From: Ptychomitrium polyphyllum
Lineage: Eukaryota
Length of the DNA stretch: 64,000 nt
Direction of reading: 5' to 3'
Assembly: GCA_973851085.1 (NCBI GenBank)
Contig: OZ316775.1
Span: forward strand, 1,550,001 to 1,614,000
This document shows, in pieces, positions 1 to 12,040 of this stretch (its first letter is position 1; the number at the start of each line of letters is the position of its first letter). Under the pieces are notes generated by a model that was not told the DNA's origin, did no database searches, and saw only the letters and a program-made list of their open reading frames with translations. Made by a program: the position numbers and the translations under genes.

Positions 1-3000
1 ATTTTACTTTCCAATCATGCATGGGAGCGTAAAATACAATTTTTAATGAAAAAGTTCAAGGATGAATACTTTTCCTTGCTTGATTTCATTCTAACAACCA
101 TGAACTCATTTCCAAATTGGACTCAAAATTCTCCACGTGGGCCTCTTTGAAGTGAAAAGGTACAACAACTAAGACCACTATATAGAATTTCTGTAATTAC
201 AAACTTCCTCAATAAATGTTTTGCTTTATTTTTTATATTATTCTTGGATGCCTTGCAAAAGTCATGCAATTTGTATCATTTTGCTCATCATTGGTACCAC
301 ATCATTTTACATTTGGAAATTAATGCAAAAAATGTAGTTCCTTCAAACACATTAACTATTTTGTAGAAATTTTAGTAGTTGCAATTTAAATTGATAAATT
401 GAAGAAAAATAATTAAAGTTGGAAAAAATCCCTAAAAGAAGATGAATTATACTAATAAAGATTTCAAAGATTAAAAGATGGTTATAATTCACCAATTTAT
501 ATTTATATTTATGTTCAACAAAGAGCTTTTTATAAAACAACAATCATATAGATGAAACAATAAAAGAAATTATATTGAACAAACATTACTTAAATCTACA
601 TCTACTACAATTTGGAAATACATTAGGATTTACAATACAATCGTTTTATGTATTTTTATAATTTCATAAAAGTATCAGCTCAATGTTGCATCATGGACGT
701 CAAGAATAGCTAATTTTATTATAACTATGACTTGCTTTATTGTTACATAACATAGCATTGGTTGCCAAGCCACATTAAATGGATGCAGTTTAGTTTAAAT
801 CAAGGAATTATTTATCCATTTAATTTGAACTTCATGTTAATTGGTTTTAAGTATCAATTAGGATTTAGAAAGAGTGTTAAATGGAAAAGCTTAATTGGCT
901 TGGTATTCCATATCAAATCAAGTATTGTAATTGTAATTTGAAAAAGAAAGATTTTATATATGATTTGCTTGAAGATAGTAGTATATTCATTCAATAAAGG
1001 TTTAGAATTCAACATACATTTGCACGCTTAGGTTCTCTTTTTATGGAGTATAAAATTGCTTAATGTATATATTATAGTTCGTTTTTTATTTACTTGGCAT
1101 AAAATTTAATATTTCACGCATTTTTTGAATTGTTAAGTTACCTTTATTTTGTTCAACTTTTTATGTCCAACTCTAAGTGAGATAATAAGTGGAATTTTGT
1201 AAAAGAAGAGGAGGAACTTTCATTTTTTTTAAAATATACACCGAGGCCAATGGAACGAAAGCTTGTATAGATAGGCCTACACAGCCCTCGCTCCTTCAAA
1301 GCCATAGGTCCTCCCCCTCCTCACGGCCATAGGCCCCCTCCCGTAGCCCACCAGTGCAAGCCGTGCGGCGGCAGGGCGCAGGCATTGCAATTCGGCCTAA
1401 AACCGGTAGCCAGGGGAACCACGGACGCGTGGCAATGCAGTTCATGGACCTCAAACTGATTTTGTTTTATTATTATTATTATTAGTATTAAATTTTTAAT
1501 TATTTTGTAAGTCTATTTCTATCTCACCTAATTTGGGTGTATTTCTTTTTAAGAAGTTTGTTAGAGTATGGTAAGAAAATTCTTAAAGATTCAATTTTAT
1601 GATGGTACTTATTAAGTTTATGATGATACTTGTTAAATACTAAAGAATACCTTTAGTGCCATTTCTTTTGAATATTACAAACTTTTGTGATTAATGGCCA
1701 TTTATTACAAGATAATGCTAATAGCTTTAGTTTACTTTGAATTAAAAATTTGTTGTTTAAAAAAAATATCCAACTTTTTATTTCTAAATTTTGTATTCAA
1801 TATCCTCCTTTGTGATAACTAGGAAGTCATAACTTATAACTTGCAAATTTTGTGGTAATAACAAATGCAAGTGTAGGTAAAAGTGTTGTGCATTCTTATT
1901 TAGTTTTTTTTATTGCAATTTGATAATGATTATAATACTCAATTTATTATATATAATAATCCTTTTACTTGCACATCTAAGCTTTACCACTATATTCATT
2001 TTGCAAATTTCTACTAATTTTTAAAATTCAACCTATCTTACATTACAACCAATTTATGATTTGTTATAGTTTCAAATTCAAAATTAATCCAAACTACAAT
2101 AATAGGTTTCTTTAAAGAATAGGTGTATATCATTTATTATTTTGTTATTAAAATAAATATATAAGATTAAAAAATATGTGAATTCAATAATTATAAGTAC
2201 TTCTTTGTATCTAATTTTGTACTATCTTTAAATATATTGCTTTAAGTAATTCAACATTTATTTGATGTAAATGAATTTTATTCCATTTTTACTTCTTAAG
2301 ACATCACATTTCAAACATAATCAAATTATTTTTGTTTTAAAAATAAAAAGATATATATATATTTTTTAATTTAAAAATATTTACAACAATAAAAATTCAT
2401 TAAACTCTATCATCAAATATTAGGCTTTATGCATTTTTCACTTAAAACATACGATTCTTTATGCACTTTCTATTTTATTTCCAATGCACTAAGAGCTTTT
2501 TTTAAAATACTATTGAATGTTTTTTTACATTGTAGATATTATTGAATGTTTGTTACATTTTAAATTATGCTTTCAATGATTCACTTTTAAAAATCATATA
2601 AATTATATGGCTCTTTAATCAAAATAATTCTTTGAATTCCTATGTCTTTGCTACATTAAATTTTTTAATTTTTAAAAAAAAGTAAATACAATCTAAAATT
2701 CAATAAAATATTTACTTTTATGATGTTATTTCCACCAACTTGATTTTTCCTTTATTTTTAAAAAAGTTTAAATATGCTCCCAATAGAATACAATGCAAAC
2801 ATTAAAATGTATAAAACCAATTAAATTCACAATCAAACATAAGTTTTTACAAATTACACATTTAATTAGTTAATTCTTTCAACCACTTGTAAGACCTTCA
2901 AGTTTTAATCCAACCTCCTCCATTTAAGCTACAAACTTTTAAAAAACTAATAATTATATTTTTGCTAGAATACGCCATTTTTTTTTATGAATAGAATAAA

Positions 3001-3720
3001 AACAATGCATAAAAGGCTAATTACAACCATAAAGTAAAAAAATACATCTTTTTAAAAAAAAAAAGTATATTAAAATTATATTATTTGCTAAAAGATGCCT
3101 CTTACACAAAAAAAAGAGACATTCAATGGTGCATTCTTACATATTTCACTATTTTCCATCTTGAATTACTATAATGTGGATCTTAACACTAAGCCCCGCC
3201 CACACTAAGCCCGATCCACCATAAGCCTGATGCAGACGAAGTCCGATCGAGACGAAGTGCTCTCCCCACATAGCGCTTTGGACACGAAGCCGCATGGGGA
3301 GATAAAAAAGAAGCCTAAACTTGGAGGAAAACGTGAGCATGCGAGGGTCTGCGCACCATGCAAGGCCAGCCGGGCAAAAGCAAAGCAAAGCTAAGCCAGA
3401 GCAGCGTGCACTGTGCACTGCGCAGGGGGGTTTTAAAAATGGGGCGAGCGAGGCGGCGCGGGAGCAGGCAAGAATGCGGGGGGCCCCGCGGGGAAGCGCC
3501 GGGAGGTGGGGGGGGGCGCGGCTGCCATGTGCGCGGTGGAGTGCTGGCCGTCGTGCGGCTGCCATGCCATGGCCCCAGTCGAGCAGGGGTTTAGCGGGGA
3601 GGTTCAAGCCTGGGGGCCCAGTGCTCTTCTACCCACCCCGTGGAGCAGCGCAGTGTTAATTTAAGCTATGGTTGTGCAGCTGCGCGGTCGCGGACCAGGG
3701 ACGCTCACGGCGGTTGCGCT

Positions 3721-5395
3721 ATGGAGAGTGAAGGGATGGTATGTCGTTAGGTGACACTCGCGCACGCTGCGCCCTGAATCTCGATCGGGGTCTGGGGTTT
3801 ATGCTGGACTTGTGGCGTGGCGTGCGTTTCTTGGTGTGGTGTAGTGTGGTGAGAGGTGGTTGGCGTTTCTATGGTGGTGGTGGTCGTGTGGGAGTTGGAT
3901 CTGCGTCTGGGAGTTTTTGTGGCTTGATCTTGGATCGAGATTCTTGCGGGGTGTAGTGAGTGTGGGGGAAGTGGAGAGGAGAGAGGGGATGAGTCTGGGG
4001 TGTGGTGGTGTGGGGGAAAAGGAGAAGAATGAGAGGTTTTGCATGGAAGGGGTTTTCGAGTCGGCAATGTGGCGTTCATAAATTTCGATCGAGTGGATCT
4101 GTGTCAGGGATTGAGCACGCTGAGTACCAACGGCCTGGTGATCTGGTATTGTCCGTTATAAAGTGAGTTTCGAGTGCGCGTTTAGTTTCGGTCTTTCAAT
4201 GGAAGGCGTCGAATTTGACGGTGTCTTTCTTAGCGATCTGTGAGGATGCTTCTTGTTTTTGAGAGAATGGTTTCGACCTCGGTGTGCCGTTAGAAGTAGT
4301 TGTGGGGAGATGTAGAATGTTTTGGATTTTGAACAGTGCCGGCTCTGAAATGGCAGGGCAGATGCATTTGCACTGTTGCAATGTGAACGGAATTCGAATG
4401 TGTCATTGTCCAAGAATGTGCGGAACAAGCAATGTCACTTGCAATTGTGCATTCGTCTTCGTAAACCTCTGGGGTTTTCATTACTTACTTTTCTCTCTCT
4501 AAGAAGAGAGGTTGATGTTCGGTTTTTTCATCCTCTACAGACAAGTTAGCACACGATTGAAATTTCACTTTGTCCAATTGCATCAGAAAATTCAGACGAC
4601 TATGCTGTTTCCTGAATAATTTTTTGTTTTGGTGGTTGCAGAGCAACGGAGGTGACTGTAAGGTGAACGGTGCAGATCATACGGCCAGTTTCTCATCCTC
4701 GAATGGAGCTGATTACCCAGTGGAGTTCACCTTCGTACCACGTCCAATGGAACCCAACGATCTCGACAAACCTGTGCGCTGTCCTCCTCCAGAACCTTGC
4801 ATTGTGCACGTACGAGTCTCCATTTTGAAAAGTCTCCCGTCAGTAACTGTAAATTATATTTGCACATCATTCTGTTGATTGTGTGTCTCTTGTTGTCGTC
4901 TCTTGTTTAGGTCAATATAGCAGGAGGTAGCTCCAATGCTCTTTTGATTCAATCCTAGTTGGTTTTAATCTCAATTCAGTTGCTCTTGTCATTGTCACGT
5001 TTTAAATGTCTTAGTGCTACTGTCACTTTAATCCTCCGAGCATTCTGTATTTTAGATCAAGTGCTCCATTGCCATCGTTTGACTTTAAAGGGATCGAAAT
5101 CTGGAGATTTATCCATCCTCGTCAATTGTAGTAGCTGTGTCATAAGTAGTCCTACTCTGAAGTTCAGTTACCGACGTTAAGTTGCTATTTTATGTTTCAG
5201 GATGGAATAGTGTTCAAAGACAGGCTTGCGAATTTTCGGCGGCGTAGTGATCTTCTCGGTTCAATGAGAGAGAACGATCACATTGAGTATTACAGTACTC
5301 CATCTAGTCGTCGTCGTAACAGAAGCTCGAAAGAATTGCTTCAATCGCCTGCGCTTATTGCTCCGGACCTTGTAGCTACTAAAATAGTTGACTAG
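3721..5395 (+). CDS. Small conserved plant protein of unknown function (~126 aa, 3 coding exons)
   Basis: join(3721..3738,4642..4809,5201..5395). GT-AG junctions keep the frame: MESEGM|SNGGDCK...PMEPNDLDKPVRCPPPEPCIVH|DGIVFKDRLANFRRRS...KIVD*. The P-x-x-CP-P-E-P-x-I-x-x-DG motif resembles an uncharacterised plant family (recalled, not searched). The 18-nt first exon is the least certain part. Confidence 0.72.
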
Positions 5396-6402
5396 GGATT
5401 GCTTGAACCCTTCGTCCTGCAGGGGTTTTCACATTCATTGGGTAACAAAGGGCTTAAGATTTTGACAGGAAGTTATACACGGTAGCAGAGTGTGTTTGGA
5501 GGAGGGAGAGTCTGTCTTCAAAGTGAAGACCGAGATAAAAGCTTAGGGCATGAATTAACAGTTAGCTTCCAGCATACTACAATGTATTAAATCATGTACA
5601 ATACAATTAGCTTCGCATCATCACGTGAAATTGTCACCGGTACATACAGACATGGAACGTAAGAAATCCGCATAACGAGTAATGCAGAAATTATTATAAA
5701 AAAGAAGTGCCGTATGTAGGTGGTTGCGATGCCGCATCAACTGATCCAGCACGCCAAAATACAGGAGAGAAAGGACGTTGGTGATAAAAAGTTAGTTTTT
5801 AAGTGCTCAGAAATAGAATTCAACACGTATAGGAGATAGAACGGAAGATGGATAATAGTTAGATACTTGGAATAATTCCGGTCAACTTGATAACACGGAT
5901 TACTAGGCATCTTGGAGGAACAACATCTTACAGGATGCTATGCCATGGAAAATGTGTAAGCTATGATCAGTGCAATCCTAGAAGCATTCTCTAAGTTATC
6001 ACACGTATTGTGGACTGATAGTTCACATTGGTTGAAAAATAACTTCAAGTTGGAGAATAGATAATGGTAGGTCAACGCCATGGTTTGCAGCTGCACTTTA
6101 ACAGTAAAATTTCACTTAGCATAGCCCAAATATACCGGCAAGGTGAAAAGAAAAGTTCTGAGGATGGCAAAGTAATAAGCAAAGATGAAACCAAATCGTT
6201 CAATCGCAGGCTAAGCAGCTCTGCAGAACTAGTCGACAATATGCACATGTCTCAGGGCAATGTATGCTCTATGTGCAACTTGTAACACTAATCAAAACAG
6301 CTCCCCCAAGCTGGAAAACAGGGAGACGTTGCATTTTATTTCCTCCATGATTCGGCATCTCGAAGATCTTCCATCCTAACAACTCAGCAAACAGGAAGAA
6401 AC

Positions 6403-7864
6403 TCATGACGCAGCACCTCCAAGCTGCACAAAATTATTGCACGTCAACACAGGCGAAGAAAAAAAAGCTGACATGTTGTAAATAATCGTAGCAACCCCAA
6501 TCTACTGGACATCAATATTAACGCAAGCAGCTGCCGAAAATACATTGAAACAAAGGATGATATGATATGAGCGCAAGATAAAATGGTAAACTGAAAGCAG
6601 AATTAGGGTAACAAACACACACCAAAATGGCCTCAATCTCTGCCACTGTAAGTTTCGTCCGAGGAGGTTGACTCGAAGCTGTCCCAGCGGGAATCGGAGG
6701 TGGGCCAGAAGAGAATGAAGGCATAGCCTGACTGCTCCCTCCACCTACAGTCTGGTCTACTGCAATCACCACATACCAAAACCTTAACGAGATCCTGAAT
6801 CACTTCAGAAACTTAAACCGGACCTGAGCAATTGTAACCGCTATCTCTGTGACGCAAATACATAAAATATTTTCTATCGAGGTTCTGCTGTAACTATCCG
6901 ATAAGTTCAGGGTGGAACTCAGCGAGCATCTTAACCAAATGCACATCGAAGGATCACCTAACTCAACAACATCTCGAAAGCCTAGCAGCACACTGAATGA
7001 AATAGGAACATTAATCAACCAGACCTTGTAATAATAGGGAACAACAGACTGCAACACACTGCTAGGTTCTCGGATACAAAAGTACTCAATAAAAACTTGA
7101 CAACCGTACTATCTCTCTTATCCGAAGAAACACTTACAAGAACTGCCACACTGCGCTAAAAGAGGACTTCTACCGGTCATCGATGAGCATATAAATAAAT
7201 ACTTATGATCTCAACAACAGATTACTCTGCACCTGGACAAGTGGCATCGATGACATTAAACCTAGCTTTGCTTGCCAGCAACGACACCTGAAGCAGACTT
7301 TATAAAATGTCGTAGATACCAATGGAAACAGCAGTTCTAGAAATTCAAGTCTAGAACATAACTCGGCAGCAACACTCAAAATCTGAAGCAATGTGCAATT
7401 TGATTAGAATGCGAAAATAGGGTTTTAAAACCCTAAAGCTACATTCCTCGTAGACACAGAATCCCAGAGCATTTTCGCCACAGAAACCTCTGTTGGATTC
7501 GGCAAAAAAGCATCAACCACGTGATCATCTCGGAATTTATCACGCAACTAAAACAATCGAATGAACCAAAGAAAACCTTATCCTCAATCTCTGCCTCCTC
7601 CCACTAAGCGTCAAGAGCAAACCCAACTAATTGTCCTCCTAGTCAGATCCACCATTAACAGCAGATCGGGATTCTTAGTGACACCCAGCCTCGAACTCAC
7701 AAAAGCACAACTGCATAATGAATCAAACCCTAACAAAATCCTACAAACCACAAGAGAGATGAAAAGAAAAGCACACCCGATTTGGAGCCAAGGTCCACTC
7801 CCGCCTTGCGATTCGGGAACTTGATGAGAGGAACGCGCTTGGCGACCTTGCCAGCGGAAGCCAT
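6403..7864 (-). CDS. KGD4/MRPS36 (Ribosomal_S36/YMR-31)-like mitochondrial 2-oxoglutarate dehydrogenase adaptor subunit, ~81 aa
   Basis: complement(join(6403..6423,6623..6759,7777..7864)) = 246 nt. N-terminus MASAGKVAKRVPLIKFPNRK and C-terminus RTKLTVAEIEAIL|LGGAAS* match the family's two conserved ends (PLIKF...EIE-I-xGGA), separated by a Pro/Ser linker. Confidence 0.8.
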
Positions 7865-8518
7865 GATCACAAGCTTATGTTGTTCTCCACCACCTTTACT
7901 GAAATTCTCTCCTATTTGTGCAATACTGGGCCATCCCCTGCTTATGAACCTTCTTCCGCTGCTTGTCGTTGCTACTCGTGTGCTGATGCTGAACAGCTCC
8001 CAAGTGCCGCTGATCGTGTGCCAGGCCACCGCCGCTGCCGTCATTCACAATTTTCCCCACCTCGTAAAATATTATTCTTCTTGGTGATTAACAGAACGGT
8101 GTCTGCTTTAGGACATGCTGCAGCTTCATAATCCTTCCTATTGGCGCTCCCATCCTGCTTCAAATCAATGCACAATACATAATCCACATCTTCGCAGATC
8201 CAAATACCCCAACCATGTTAACCATCGCTGGTCAAAATCACAGTAATTTCCCATCGCACTAATAGGCTTTCTCTCAAAGCTCAGAAGGGGAACGTGTAAT
8301 TTTTGGTCATCTAAACTTAGTCAACTGACTGTTTGGTACGCCACGATTATATCTTTTGGAAAATTTGAGTGTGAAAGTCCATCTGGAATCCAACCTAAAA
8401 CCCTGTGGAAGACAAAACCCTTATGCGTGTTTGGGGTTCAGAGACAGGGGAGCAGAGAGGCTCACAGAGAGGGAGAGAGACAGAGAGTGAGACAGAGAGA
8501 GTATTTGGCGGATCGGCG

Positions 8519-10567
8519 ATGTCGGGTGTTGCTCTGCTTAGAGCAGGTGATTGTTCGGACTCTTCATCTGATGTGAATGAATTGCATTAGTAATCTGTTG
8601 TTTTTTCCTCTTGAAGTTTGGTTGTGAATTTTGGGAGGGTTCTGCAATCATCGTCCTTGTCTCGTGGGTTACCGAGGTTTTGCTTCTTTAGTGTGGAGGC
8701 TCAAGTGGGTGGGATTAGTGATCACTAGCCAGTGTAATGTAGTCGATCTTACCGTGGGTAGCGTTCGAGCCTGCGTGCGCATTGTGTAGAAATTTGTGAT
8801 TCGATGAAGTTGTTTGTGGATGCACAATGGAGGATGGGGGTGCACAATGGAGGATTAGGTGTGAGTTTTTTGTTGTGCATTTAGGATTGCAATTGTAACA
8901 GGATACGATGTTTAGAGTTTGTCAATATGGAACGTGCATGCATGCAGGAACTGCGCGCGGCATTTGATGATCATCGTTCGTCATACTTCTACTTTGGATT
9001 TTAGTTGCGTTTATTGTGCAACTTAGTTGTTTTAATTCTCTACGTCATGCTTGAGAACATCGTGACCTCAATATTTTGTATTTGTCAGGCTGGAGGCAAG
9101 CATACAGCAGAGCTGCGATCTATCCCTCGAGTCATCCTTCGAATGCTTTGGGGCAACAGCGATGGGCTACTCAGATATCTCCCAACTACAAGGGCTTGAA
9201 TCGACCTGCTCATGCTGAAGACGAGAAGCCCAGCGAGAAAGCTGCACCTGTGATCTACGAGGGTGTGATGGCGGACACACTTCGCCGTGTGAAACTTCTC
9301 TCCTTGACCACTTGCTGTCTTTCAGTTGTCGGTACGTCCTTCATCTGTTCGAAACGGAATGTCATCTTTATTGTGCCAATGTAACCTTTCATGGGGTTAG
9401 TGATACTTGGGAAGAAAGACTTCTTGTTCGACATCCTATTGTTTTTGACTTCCTACTTGAACTCTGAGCCTTAAGAGTCGGAGTCTTGCTTTTCTGAATT
9501 TCTCGGTACTTTGCACTATCCGAGGCTTTCGCTCTGGTTTTAGACCTTCTGGGCATGGATTGGTTCGTCTTTCAGTGAAAAGGGGAGGAGAGTTTTACAC
9601 CGTGATTGTATTTCTAGCAATTCTCAGATATGCAGGCCTGGCAGTTGTTCGACCTCAGTGCTTCTGTGTTGATTTCACCTTCTTTAAATGCCAACAAACA
9701 TCTGAATAGAGACAATGCATCATTTCTTAGAACAGTTTTTAATTCTAAAGAAGCCTTACAAGATGGAACCTCTGCTCCGAAGGAGTATATGTATTTCTTT
9801 TGTGTTTAATGGACGAGATTTTAGGTTGATAGGTTCTCAGCACTCAGTAGTGGAGCAGATCGCTAGCTGAACTTTCGTTTAGTATGATTGCAGAATCATT
9901 TGATCTCGAGTTGTAGGATGAGGTCTTTGGTTGCTATAGGAAAGCTCAAGCACGAGCTTTTGAGGCTAACTGCGGTGATTCTATGTCGAAGTTTATATCT
10001 TTGCTGATAATTAACTGTAGGATGTAGAATATCTTTTTACGAAGTTGTCTTACCATCAGGGCAGTGTCTTTCTTTAATTTTCAAACACGTGCTACAGGCA
10101 GAAGATCCCATTGTGCATATCAACTGATTCTCAATATGAAACATGTTACGGAATGTGATGCACTGTCCTCCTGCTCCTTATTACTTAAACCTAACAAGTT
10201 TTACCGGATTGTTTTCCCAGGTGGGCCATTTGTGACATTTTTCACATCTCCAGACTTATCTGTGATAGCCAAGGGAGCAATGGCGTCCATAATGGTCCTC
10301 CTGAGTGCAACAACAACTGGAGCTCTCCATTGGTTTGCAAGCCCTTATGTCCGGAGGCTCACATGGACTCCAGGAACAGACCAAATGCAGATTGAGGTCC
10401 TTTCCTGGATGGCCACACCGCTGCAGCGCAGTGTGAACATTTCAGATGTTAGAACTCCTTTGACACAGCGCCCTGCAGTCACATTTGAAGCTAATGGTCA
10501 GATGTATTATATTGATAAGGACTCATTTCCTCATGCTGAGCTGTTGAAGAAGCTTGCCAGGAAGTAA
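8519..10567 (+). CDS. TMEM70-like mitochondrial inner-membrane protein (ATP synthase assembly factor family), ~205 aa
   Basis: join(8519..8546,9089..9331,10221..10567) = 618 nt, in frame. Arg/Ala-rich presequence-like N-terminus, then YEG...LRRVKLLSLTTCCLSVVGGP, two hydrophobic helices, TTGALHWFASPYV and PAVTFEANGQMYYID. Confidence 0.82.
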
Positions 10568-12040
10568 TGAGTCTCTGTAATGGTTCACAGAGGAGGTCAT
10601 TTCTTTGTAAAGGAAGCTTGAGCGTCCTTGTGTGACAGTTCAGCTGATGTTTTTCTTTTTCTTTTTCTTTAGAGTGCTGAGAACATTCCAGAGTGCAAAT
10701 TTGCAATTTTATCAGTAAATTTTCTACCGAGAGCCTGTGTGGTGAGTGTGAAGCTTCCGCACTTGAGTGATTCCGAGTGAAATCAGTATCGTCGACCACA
10801 TTCAACATTTCATCGTCAACATGTGTTTAGTTATAAATCAAAATTAGTTATCAATATAGTTGTAAATCAAATTACTCCCACAGATATGAATTATGATTGA
10901 AAAATGTTACGGATGGATGAAATCGCTTAGGTTTCTCAAAATCCATCCATAAAGGGTCCTACTTATGGTATCTTTTAAAGATTTAAAAATCTGTTATAAA
11001 TATTATTTGAAAAAATCATTTGGAGTTGATGTAAAAATAAAAGTTGTGGAGTTTGAATTATAGTTTATATTTATACAATTAGACCTAAAATTTATATCAC
11101 CAATATAAATGATCTTTTTTTTAATCAATTGTAAACAAAAAATTGGCAATTCTGAATAAATTCTTTTAAAATGATTTTCAATTGCCAAAAGCTATAAGCT
11201 TACAAATATATTTAAATTTTTGAACATTTTAACTTAACATTCTTAGTTCATAATCCATTTTAGAATCTAATTTGTTGATTTTGTAGTTTAAAATTTCATT
11301 AACCTTAGTAAAAACAAATGAATAACAAATTTCATTCAATTCCAAAAATATTGAAAGTTGAAAGTACCTATTAGTTGCTACTTCCTAACTACTTAGTAGT
11401 TGTCATTTTCTCAACCACTTTGTGGTTGCTACTTCTTCAATCATTTAATAAATATTACTTCTTTTAATGCTTGAAATGTGTATGAAGAGCTTTATAATAA
11501 AAATAAAAAATTATAGTTATTCTTGAAAAGTTTTCAAAAGCCTTCTTGAAAAGTTTTTTGAATTTATTTTCAAAAATCTTTTTGAAACTCTTTTCGAAAG
11601 TCTTGCCTAAATTCTTTTCAATATTTATTTGTAAAGGTTGTGAAATAGTTTTTACTAATGGTTTAAAAGAATAGATGGTAGAATATACACAAAAATAATT
11701 AAAGGAAACCAATGCAAATAAGTGTATTCATTCAATTATTGAACTTATGTCTATTAGAATATGAAATAGAAGAATGGAATCAATCCTTCTTTTTGGAAAT
11801 AGATACTATAAGCTACAAATAGCATTATGTATTAATATTAAATAATGGACTTACTACTTACTTTGATTTTTATGAAAATCATGAAAAATAAAATTTAAGA
11901 GTTATCACACATTTTAATCCAAATTTAGCATTGTATTTTGAATCAAAACATCTTTTGTTCCAAGCAATCAATTAAATAAAATAATGACATCACTATTATT
12001 ATAAATATACACTAATTTTGCACCATTGTGCAATTGATGT

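Noticed and set aside
3149..4081. Several overlapping 70-150 aa ORFs on both strands
   Set aside because: They lie in the GC-rich promoter and the GT-rich first intron of the 3721 gene; low-complexity translations with no recognisable domain.
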